From IMG/VR virus record IMGVR_UViG_2061766007_000491: a DNA stretch of 64,000 nt. One strand, given 5' to 3'. The notes under the pieces were generated by a model, which did no database searches, was not told the DNA's origin, and saw only the letters and a list, made by a program, of their open reading frames with translations. Below, one piece after another: positions 37,694 to 46,623 of this stretch (positions within the stretch are counted from its first letter, which is position 1; every line of letters starts with the position of its first letter). This DNA is from an uncultured virus (IMG/VR IMGVR_UViG_2061766007_000491) (taxonomy: Duplodnaviria; Heunggongvirae; Uroviricota; Caudoviricetes). The position numbers and the translations under genes are program-made.

Positions 37694-38428
37694 ATGAAGA
37701 ATTTAATTAGACTATTTGAAGAAGATGCCACAGCGTACCTTGCTAGGGTGGTGAACAGTACGGAGGATGCGCAGAGTGCAGTGAGGGCGTTAAGTGCGGT
37801 AGGTCGTATCGGGTTAGACAATGCGAACCTACTCCCTGCTGTTCGGTGGGTAGCGGATGGATACAAGACGAACCACAACCTAGATGCTTGTGTCAATGAT
37901 GTTATTGAGGTAGTGGATAGGCTGGGCAAGAATGCGGAGTTGAAAGACCTTGACTTGGACACTATACAGAAGGAGTATCCTACTCTTGAGGATGTCAAGG
38001 CAGTGTTGGACGCACAGAGTGAGACGGGCATGAAGATGGGTAAGAACGAGACCTTTGACCAGTGGACAGAGCGCATGGGTGAAGTGCATAGAGATATACT
38101 CAAGAAGGTATTGCCCAGCTATGAAGTGATTGAGACTTTGCCTAAGTATAACAGGGAAGTGCAGACGTATGTGTATGGGAGTGTATTGGGGATAGGTGTG
38201 TTGAGTACGAACACTACGGGAGAGTCATTTATGTATTTTGTGGAACGGAGCAGGGTTCCGATGGGTTATTCCACCTGTTCGAGTTGGTTAAAGCGGTTCA
38301 ATTTGGTGCTGGCGATCAGGGATGCGTATAGGATGACGATGCTGGCTTTACGGAGAGGTGTATTCAGACGGTGCAACAGGGCGCAGTATAGAATGGGAAC
38401 AGGTAAGATCAGAAGGACGGAGAACTAG
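37694..38428 (+). CDS. Chimeric hypothetical protein (family-type N-domain + 36085-type domain)
   Basis: LPAVRWVAD...KEYPTLE resembles the 38554 N-domain; C-terminal half matches 36085. Confidence 0.7.
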   Translation: MKNLIRLFEEDATAYLARVVNSTEDAQSAVRALSAVGRIGLDNANLLPAVRWVADGYKTNHNLDACVNDVIEVVDRLGKNAELKDLDLDTIQKEYPTLEDVKAVLDAQSETGMKMGKNETFDQWTERMGEVHRDILKKVLPSYEVIETLPKYNREVQTYVYGSVLGIGVLSTNTTGESFMYFVERSRVPMGYSTCSSWLKRFNLVLAIRDAYRMTMLALRRGVFRRCNRAQYRMGTGKIRRTEN

Positions 38429-38553
38429 GATTTGTTCAGGGTGAACAAAAAAGAATGCTTGGACTTTTTGTATATTTTTCGCCGAGCATAAGGGTACGAG
38501 GTCTTTGTTGGGTTATTTCCCTTGTACCCTCTTTTATTATAAGGATTTGAGCT

Positions 38554-40575
38554 ATGAGAATGGATGTATTGGAACAGTTATTGAACGAGGGTCAAGCGGT
38601 GGACAACGAGGTCAATGCGGTGCTGAGGAAGGCAGGTGTGAGTGACATAGATGGGTTGAGGAACAGATTGTATCAGTTGCGGTGGGTAAAGAATAGCCCG
38701 AACAATAAAGATGCAGTACCTACAGTGAAGTGGATAGCGGATTTTGCGAAGGAACATGGTTTATCCATAGAAGAGCGGTGGAGAGACCTGTTTAAGTGGG
38801 TGTGGGCAATTATACGGAAAAAGAACAGACTCAATACGACCAAGAACAGGGCATTAGTGGATATATGGAAGGAATACCCGACCTTTCGAGAGTTCGAGGA
38901 GTACATAGACGATGAGGAACAGAAGCTAGTCAATGGCTGGAAGGATGATTTTGGTGGGCAAGCGGAAGTAGTGGATGACGACCCCGATGAGGTGAGGATG
39001 CAACGGATTAGACAGGACTTAGGAAAGCCCACGTTTAGCACCCCTGGTGTAGTGGACATATATAGAGCGGACACACAGGCAGAGGCGATCAGGTTGGGCA
39101 AGGGCTATAGCTGGTGTATTAGCTACACTACAGGGGACAATTACTTTTATCACTATAGGTTGAACCCAGAGTCAACAGCGTATTTTTGTTTTTTCAAGGA
39201 ACCACAGCCTGAGTATGACGATGTGGCCTGTGTTATCCATGTAAGCAAGGACGGCAAATATCGCATGACAAACGCAGAGAACGACAATGGTTCGCCTGTA
39301 GTGGATGAGGAGAGAGTGGTCTATTGTTATCCACCGTTGGATAAGTGGCTACCTAAGATGACCGTTACCCCGATTGCAGGTAAGGAAGCGAAGTTTGCAG
39401 ACTTAAAGAAAGATATAGGCAATAACAGATGGGTGAACCTGACTCTGGATTTAGTAAAGGATTATAACTTTAACCGAAGCGATTGGCGCATGATACTAAG
39501 CATGGGTGCTGGTCTAAGTGATGAGTTATTTGATTATCTGCTGAAAAAGTACGATCATGGTAAGTTCAACGATAAGGATAGCCTGATAAACCTCTATGCG
39601 AAGGTAACAATCTATCCACTCACGGCACACCAGAGAGAGGTTGTATCTAAGAACAACTCACTTATTAAGTTCTATGACGAGAGGCATGAGGGTATGATAG
39701 AGGAAACAGCAAAACAACACATGGAAAACCTGATTAAGCTGGGTGTGTACGATGAAACAACGCATACTTTAGATAATGATAGGGATTTTGTGTTTATAGC
39801 GGATGTGCCAGAGTACCCTGTGGATGACCCTGTAGATGAGTTAGTGATTTCTACTATATGTCAGAGTTTAGACGGTGTGCCTAGTGCTTATCATGCAGTT
39901 TTATCTAACAATAAGTATATTCAGGACTTAACAGGTTTAAGGGGTGTAACGGTAGCAATAGACGGTTGTGCTGGCTTAAATCATGGGGAAGTGATGTGTG
40001 GTTCTGACTTAGATATAGTGAATTGCAATAACTTAAAACATTTAGTAGTGCGACCGTTTGACTCTGGTTGGGTGTGTACTATTAAAATAAAAGAGTGTAA
40101 TAGTTTACAGAGCATTGAGGGTTTAAGAGGTTTTGAGAGTGATGAAGATGAATTTCCTGAGATTGTTTTTGAAGATTTGCCTAACTTGGTAAGTGTTCCC
40201 AGACTGCCATACGAATTAAGTGCATTGAAAATAGAGGGATGTCCTAAGTTAGATATTATACAGCCATTACGATATGTGAGTAGGATAGACAGTTTTGATG
40301 TATTTATTTATAGTTATGAGCTTTTATCTAAGGTATTGGAATTATTACAGAATAAGATAGAAGTAAATTACTTATGTATAGATTATAGGGGTAGCGATAA
40401 TCATAAAGAAGCATATAAATTGGCAGCTAATTTTAGAGAAAATAATAAGAATGTGGAAGTGGATTTTATTGATATTAGTGCGCACTCATTACCTCATTGG
40501 GCTAGTGCCGATGATTATGATGAATCCCTTACTTTACACCCTCTGAGGAGAGCATTGAACAATTTAATAGACTAG
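38554..40575 (+). CDS. Modular paralogue family member 2
   Basis: Core YRADT..GKGYSWCIS...YR...STAYF; LRR-like region (CNSLQSIEGL, LPNLVSVP, CPKL); ends YDESLTLHPLRRALNNLID. Confidence 0.85.
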   Translation: MRMDVLEQLLNEGQAVDNEVNAVLRKAGVSDIDGLRNRLYQLRWVKNSPNNKDAVPTVKWIADFAKEHGLSIEERWRDLFKWVWAIIRKKNRLNTTKNRALVDIWKEYPTFREFEEYIDDEEQKLVNGWKDDFGGQAEVVDDDPDEVRMQRIRQDLGKPTFSTPGVVDIYRADTQAEAIRLGKGYSWCISYTTGDNYFYHYRLNPESTAYFCFFKEPQPEYDDVACVIHVSKDGKYRMTNAENDNGSPVVDEERVVYCYPPLDKWLPKMTVTPIAGKEAKFADLKKDIGNNRWVNLTLDLVKDYNFNRSDWRMILSMGAGLSDELFDYLLKKYDHGKFNDKDSLINLYAKVTIYPLTAHQREVVSKNNSLIKFYDERHEGMIEETAKQHMENLIKLGVYDETTHTLDNDRDFVFIADVPEYPVDDPVDELVISTICQSLDGVPSAYHAVLSNNKYIQDLTGLRGVTVAIDGCAGLNHGEVMCGSDLDIVNCNNLKHLVVRPFDSGWVCTIKIKECNSLQSIEGLRGFESDEDEFPEIVFEDLPNLVSVPRLPYELSALKIEGCPKLDIIQPLRYVSRIDSFDVFIYSYELLSKVLELLQNKIEVNYLCIDYRGSDNHKEAYKLAANFRENNKNVEVDFIDISAHSLPHWASADDYDESLTLHPLRRALNNLID

Positions 40576-40577
40576 GT

Positions 40578-42714
40578 ATGAACTTGATAGAGCGATTAGA
40601 GTTGGTATTAGACGAGAGCCGTAAGAACGATGATCTGGCGTTGAACCTGCTTGTCAAAGCGGGCGTGGACAAGACCATTGCACCAGAGGTGTTAAAAGCG
40701 TTAGGGGCTATTACAGTGGACGGTGGGGACAATAGTAAGCGAGTGGTGGATATGTCTAAGAACGGCAAGGATATTATTCCTTTGGCGTGGGAGGGTTGAA
40801 AGAGGTGATGAGTTAGATGATAAAGTATTTAAAGAATTATTTTACAATGTATATAAAGGTGCTTTAACAGGTGATACTGTTATAGATAGATACCTAGAGT
40901 TAAGTAACCACCTTTTAACGCCATATCAATCAGAGTGTTTAAAGGATGCAGGGTATAGCCAAGAAGTTGAAAAAGCTGCTAGAACTTATTTATTAAACAC
41001 AGTAAACAGCGGTAAACTATTAAACGCATCTGAAATGCAATCTGCAATAGAGCTATTGGATAAAGGTGATATAACAAAAAGGGATTCTATAGTAAATCAG
41101 TATTTGAGCAAAATGGTTAGCCAAATTAGACCCTTTCGAGTACCTTTATCAAGTTTTAAAAAAGGGAGTGATTCTGAAAAAATATATTGCATTTATGCCT
41201 TAGCATCTCATTTACTTAACCACACACATACGGGTACATTTATCTGTGAAAAACAAGGTGATAAGTTTGTTTTGGAATGTACTGGCCCATTAGGGGACGG
41301 ATTGACTTTTTTTGAGATTAGCTGGATTCCTATAGGGAATGGTACGGATGTCAATGCTATAGTGTCTAAGGGGTTAGAAACAGTTGATATTATTAAAGGG
41401 GCAGATAAGGTTCGTTTTTTGTATTGTGATTTCAGGGAAGTAGAGAGATTTCCTTATTTTGAGGGGTTACAAACATTAGTTATCAATGGAGGCATATTTA
41501 ATGCGAACTTGTTAAAGAATAATAAGTTAGATACATTAAAGGTGTTTAACCTTTCCAGAGATATTGATTTTTCGTCTATAAAGTGTAAGCATTTTGAGAT
41601 AACTTCTGATAGGGTTAAAGACCATACTGTAATTGCACCTAAAGGGGTTGAAGTATTTAATAGCCAGACGTTAGGAAACAAGAAAACATTATCGTCTTTA
41701 CCGAGAACTGTGTCTAAGATGTTTCTTAATAGTGTGCAATCTGAGTTAGAGGGAATACCAGAGGAAATAACAGGGGATTTTAGATTGAAGTTGAAGGATG
41801 GGTTCGCTTTTAGAGAACTAAAGAATTTTCCAAAGAAAATAGGTGGTGAGTTTGAACTTATTTTAGATACGAATGAGGGTATTGACCAAATAAAAACAAT
41901 AGAGGATGTCCCACAGTGTGTTAGAGATTGTGATGTCAATAAGGTATCATGGAATTATACACAGGATATTCCTTTTGGATTAGCACAATTTTATAGAGAA
42001 AAGAATAAGGCTATAGATATTGATACCTTTAAGGCTTATAACACTACCGTAAAAAAAGAGGATGGAAAGACTGTAGTGGTATATGAGAAATACGATTATT
42101 ACATAGATAATTTTAAAACAAGACCTTATAAGGTTATAATAGATACCCGTAAATCTACTAATGCACCATCATATTGTCATTTATCTGTTGCTTTTAATGT
42201 TCCATTGAATGTTATACCTGATATAGTGGAGATAAAAGAGGGTTATGGTGTGACTTTAAGTATATATCGTTCTTTTTATGAAGAGCTTACACTTGACCAT
42301 GATATTAGTGGTATAACTAAGTTGAGTATAGTAGATTGTGCCTTCTTAAAAGAGATCAAAGGTCTTGAACATATAAAGGGTTTAAAGAGTGTTTCGGTAG
42401 ATGATTGCCCTCTCTTGAACCTAGAGAGTCTAAAATCCCAGCTTCCCGAAGGTATTGAGTTGGATTTGGATTATGCCAAGCGTGAATCCCTCACCACACT
42501 GCACACGGTGTTGAATGCTTTATCGGAAGAGGATGCGCCTGTGGGTGATGCTGGTGCTGGTTCTACTACTGGCACAGCGGTGGGGAATGGAACGGTGAGT
42601 GACTTGGGTGAAGTGCCTGAGCCGAAGCTGGCATTGCTGAACGTACCGTACAAGAAGCGCAAGAAGGGTATAAAGGGGTTGATAGCCCTGTTAAGTGCCA
42701 AGTCTGAGCGATAA
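40578..42714 (+). pseudogene. Modular paralogue family member 3, split and lacking the core domain
   Basis: 40578..40799 matches the N-terminus of member 1 up to PLAW; a different frame resumes in the helical repeat (GDELDDKVF); the conserved core is missing. Confidence 0.65.
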
Positions 42715-42742
42715 AAGTCTATATTATAAGAGAGAGTTTGAT

Positions 42743-43105
42743 ATGAGTGATAAAGCGTTTGAACCTGTGAAAGACCTGCCCACTGAGGAGAAAGAGCAGT
42801 ACATAGACTATAAGGAGTTGCCTGTGGAAGATAACCCTGTAGAGTTATCGGCTAAGGTGGATAAGAAGGTTACTGAATTAGCGGAGCGAATAATTGCTGG
42901 TGAGATAGACAAGAGGGCTGCCGATGTGGAACTGATGGAGCTATGTGACGGTGTGGAACTGGCTGCTGCGATGGAGAAGCTGAGTGCAGCGATCACGGCA
43001 GAGGCAGACAAGCACAGGAGTCTCCCTTCGTACAGTGGATTGCCTGTATTTGTGAATTGTGGCTTAAAACGCCTACAGAGGGCATTAGACGGATTGAACG
43101 ACTAA
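42743..43105 (+). CDS. Hypothetical acidic protein with family-type C-terminal helix
   Basis: GTCTATATTA upstream; ends LKRLQRALDGLND. Confidence 0.65.
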   Translation: MSDKAFEPVKDLPTEEKEQYIDYKELPVEDNPVELSAKVDKKVTELAERIIAGEIDKRAADVELMELCDGVELAAAMEKLSAAITAEADKHRSLPSYSGLPVFVNCGLKRLQRALDGLND

Positions 43106-43141
43106 GATGGGCATAGAAGTATAGGTAAACAATAAAAATGC

Positions 43142-43165
43142 GCCAGAAGCGATTTCTGGCTTTTT
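43142..43165 (+). terminator. Probable Rho-independent terminator
   Basis: GCCAGAAG-CGA-TTTCTGGC-TTTTT. Confidence 0.6.
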
Positions 43166-43175
43166 CTGTGTATAT

Positions 43176-46100
43176 ATGAGAGCGATCAACATACTGGAAC
43201 AACTATTAGCCGAGGGGCAGGGTGTAGATAACACTGTCTTAGGTATGCTGAGGAATGCAGGTATAGGTAAGCCAGGTAAAGAGGGTGATGAATCGAGGCA
43301 GAACTTATTGTGGGCGTTAAAGAATTTGCGTATTAGTAATGAGAGGAATGCACCTACATTGTACGACTATTCTGAGAACCCGAACCAGAGAAGCACTGGA
43401 AAGAACATAATCCCGATATGCAAGTACCTGATAGACTTTGTGGCTGAGAATCCAGATAAGCCTATACCTGGTGTAATAGAGCATCTGGGTGATCTGATAA
43501 AGTTAAAGCACAGTTTAGTTACGACACAGAGAAAAAGCTGGGAGGCATTACAGCAGAACGGTAAGACGAATACTATTGATAAGCTGGAATCGTGGTTACA
43601 GAACGAGAGAGGGAAAGCTGAGAACCGTATTCAGCACAAGACAGGAGCGTATGATTTTCCGCATTTAGAGGTGTATAGTGATGCTAACATAGATGTATAT
43701 AAAGCGGATACCCCTGATGAGGCTATTGAGCTAGGAGCGGACAATTACACATTCTGCATTAGTGATACGAGTGGTGGGAACCAGTTTTATACATACAGGT
43801 TTGGTACACAACCTGGTTGGGGTGCTAAACAGAGAACGTCATGCTACTTTGTATGGTTCAAGGATAGGCAGGGGAATAAGACACACGATAAGATGGTGGT
43901 TGTCCATGTGGGAGAGAACGGTGAATACATGGTTACGGAGTCCCAGAACGGTTTATTTCCCTGGTGGAGTGAGTCTAAGTTATTGGAACATTATCCGATG
44001 CTAAGACCTGCATTGAAGTACATGGTATATAAGAAGCCTAGCGATCAGGAACAGATAGCACGGTATTTTAACGAGTATGTAACAGCAACCTATGAGGAGA
44101 TTCCAGAGGGTACAGATATGAGCCAAGTTATGAATTATAACTTAGCTAAGTATGACCCCAAGTATCTGGACATTATCATTAGTACAGGTTGTCAGTTAAA
44201 CGACCATGCTTTTGAATATGTATTCAAGCAAGTGGATGGGAGCGACCTCGTAAATGGCAATCATGGTGATTCTATTACAAAGAAGTATATAGAGATAGGA
44301 ATGCACCCTTTAACATCCGAACAGATGGATATGTTAAGGGATGCTGGGTATAGTAAAGAGGTGGATAGAGCGCAAGAGGTGAATATCAGGCGTGACATAG
44401 CTAGTAGTCGGGTTATAAGTAAACAAGACCTAGATTTCATAGTACAACGTACAAGTAAAGAGGAGTTAGTTGACCCGAACAATGCAATACGTAAATACAT
44501 TGTAGATAACGCAGCACCTTACGACCGTATGAATAGAAGTACGGTGGAATATCTATTACGGCTTGGGTTACTAGATTTAGCGTATGCGAGAGAGTTATTC
44601 CTTATTAAGGAACAGAGACATTCACAGTGGGATGATGCTGTGTTTAAGGTAGCCTTTGAATATGTGGATAAGGGGGATATAACTAAACAAAACTCCGCAG
44701 TACGCAGGTTTATACGGAACCTGAACGACTGTGAACTTACGGATGGTATGCGTAAAATGCTCAAGGATAGTGGATATGAAAAAGTTGTAACTAAGTTTGA
44801 TAAGGATAAGGCTAACTTTTTATGGAAGCGGTGGCAAGAACGCAATGAGGGTAATGTTACTGTAGAAGAGACACCTAAAGGGTATATCATTAAATATCAC
44901 TATGAAGCTGGTAAGTGGCGGTCTGACCTGATTGATATACCGAACACACCGAAAAAACCAGTTATTGAGGTTTGGTTAAAATCTTATTGGGACGTTACTA
45001 TGGATTTTAATAGTAATGATGCACACTATACTACTAAGAAACTGCCTATAGTCAAAGACTTAGATGGTAAGGTACTCAAAGACTATCATTTGGAATTAAA
45101 GAATGTTCCACCTTTAACTGAGTTTCAAGTGTCGTGGGATAATATAAAGTCACTAAAGTTAGATAGTTTTAAGCTAAAAAATATGCAGGGACTTCCAGAA
45201 GTGCCTAAAGATCGCCAACTTATAATAGATTGTTCTAACGCTTCATTAGAGGGGTTAAAAGGTAGTGGTTTTAGTTTAACAATAGATTGGGGATTGGATA
45301 GTCTGAAAGGAGTACCTAGCAAACTGAGTACGTTTGTGTTATCTATGAACAAGGGTCAATTTGACTCGTTAAAAGATAAATCCATGCCTGACGAGGTAGG
45401 GGTTATGAATATAACTCGTGATTGGGGTGGAGACATAGATGTATTGCCTAAACGGATAAGCATTTTGAAAACACATAACCCTTCTGATAAGATTACAGCT
45501 AAAGGTGTAGAGTATTTGGGTAAACTGCCTTCTATAGAGGATATACCCACTAAGAATGTAAAATGGTATGCGAATTTGACCACTGAGGAGAATCTAAGAG
45601 CAATATCTTATAATGGTTCGGATTCAGGCTATTATAGATCACACGGCATATTTTATGGTGCTAACGCTGTTAAGCCCTTGAAACCTACGGTAGAGACAGA
45701 TTATCTTTATGGGGACGACTACGATGTATATGTATATCCTTTTGTATCTTCGTTAAAGGGTTTGATATGTCAGAAGGTGATTAAGATAGATAAGCAATAT
45801 AAGTACGGTGAAGTGGTTAAGCAGACGAAAAAGTCTATCACGAGCTACACACTGTATGTGTATCAGAACGTCTTGATAAAGAGCTTAGAGGGTATTCCCA
45901 CCAAGAAGAGTTATACTACTGTGTACCTGTATAACTGTCCGATACTGAGCGACATAAGTGCATTATTGAAGTGTGACAGGCTAGAGTCTGTGTTTATCTC
46001 TAAGTGTCCAAAGGTGAGTAAGGATGTTATAGATAAGTTAAAGGCGAAGGGTATTCAAGTGAATAAGATAGATAGGGTTTACATAAGGAACAATCTGCCT

Positions 46101-46184
46101 GAATTGAATCAGTGGAATGGTAAATACTCTACCTATGAATCCCTGTTACGACTAAGTACAATACTGAATGGATTATATGACTGA
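43176..46184 (+). CDS. Modular paralogue family member 4
   Basis: Core YKADT..YTFCIS..NQFY.YR..CYFVWFKD; repeated helical units; LRR-like region; ends TYESLLRLSTILNGLYD. Confidence 0.85.
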   Translation: MRAINILEQLLAEGQGVDNTVLGMLRNAGIGKPGKEGDESRQNLLWALKNLRISNERNAPTLYDYSENPNQRSTGKNIIPICKYLIDFVAENPDKPIPGVIEHLGDLIKLKHSLVTTQRKSWEALQQNGKTNTIDKLESWLQNERGKAENRIQHKTGAYDFPHLEVYSDANIDVYKADTPDEAIELGADNYTFCISDTSGGNQFYTYRFGTQPGWGAKQRTSCYFVWFKDRQGNKTHDKMVVVHVGENGEYMVTESQNGLFPWWSESKLLEHYPMLRPALKYMVYKKPSDQEQIARYFNEYVTATYEEIPEGTDMSQVMNYNLAKYDPKYLDIIISTGCQLNDHAFEYVFKQVDGSDLVNGNHGDSITKKYIEIGMHPLTSEQMDMLRDAGYSKEVDRAQEVNIRRDIASSRVISKQDLDFIVQRTSKEELVDPNNAIRKYIVDNAAPYDRMNRSTVEYLLRLGLLDLAYARELFLIKEQRHSQWDDAVFKVAFEYVDKGDITKQNSAVRRFIRNLNDCELTDGMRKMLKDSGYEKVVTKFDKDKANFLWKRWQERNEGNVTVEETPKGYIIKYHYEAGKWRSDLIDIPNTPKKPVIEVWLKSYWDVTMDFNSNDAHYTTKKLPIVKDLDGKVLKDYHLELKNVPPLTEFQVSWDNIKSLKLDSFKLKNMQGLPEVPKDRQLIIDCSNASLEGLKGSGFSLTIDWGLDSLKGVPSKLSTFVLSMNKGQFDSLKDKSMPDEVGVMNITRDWGGDIDVLPKRISILKTHNPSDKITAKGVEYLGKLPSIEDIPTKNVKWYANLTTEENLRAISYNGSDSGYYRSHGIFYGANAVKPLKPTVETDYLYGDDYDVYVYPFVSSLKGLICQKVIKIDKQYKYGEVVKQTKKSITSYTLYVYQNVLIKSLEGIPTKKSYTTVYLYNCPILSDISALLKCDRLESVFISKCPKVSKDVIDKLKAKGIQVNKIDRVYIRNNLPELNQWNGKYSTYESLLRLSTILNGLYD

Positions 46185-46623
46185 TTTGATAATTGAAAAC
46201 GGAGTGGTTATCGGTTATAATGGCACTGCGAAGCACTTGGTGATACCGAGCGGGGTGAAGGGTATAGGCGATGGAGCGTTTGCGGGGTGTACTACCCTAG
46301 AGAGTGTCTGTTTCCCGAACGGCTGCGAGTGGATAGGCGAGGGTGCGTTTAGGGGCTGTGACAGGCTTTCTAAGGCAGTTTTCAGTGAGACCCTTATCCG
46401 TATAGAGGATGATGCTTTCAAGGGCTGTAGCGGGCTTACAGAGCTTTATTTACCCTCTTCTGTGCGTGAGGTGGGATATAGTGCATTTGGGGACTGCAAG
46501 GGGTTACGGTGTGTAAGTCTGAGTGAGGGGTTAGAGTTGAGGGGCAAGGGTGTATTTGCACGGAGTGGTGGGAAAGAGCGCATTAAATTGAACAAGCGAG
46601 TGAGAATACTGGATTTGATATGA
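46177..46623 (+). CDS. BspA/TpLRR-type leucine-rich repeat protein
   Basis: Repeated IG..AF.GC..L..V..P units. Confidence 0.85.
   Translation: MTDLIIENGVVIGYNGTAKHLVIPSGVKGIGDGAFAGCTTLESVCFPNGCEWIGEGAFRGCDRLSKAVFSETLIRIEDDAFKGCSGLTELYLPSSVREVGYSAFGDCKGLRCVSLSEGLELRGKGVFARSGGKERIKLNKRVRILDLI

Noticed and set aside
40780..40800. Programmed frameshift joining 40578 and 40723 ORFs
   Set aside because: No slippery heptamer is visible, and the joined product would still lack the whole conserved core, so deletion or misassembly explains it better.
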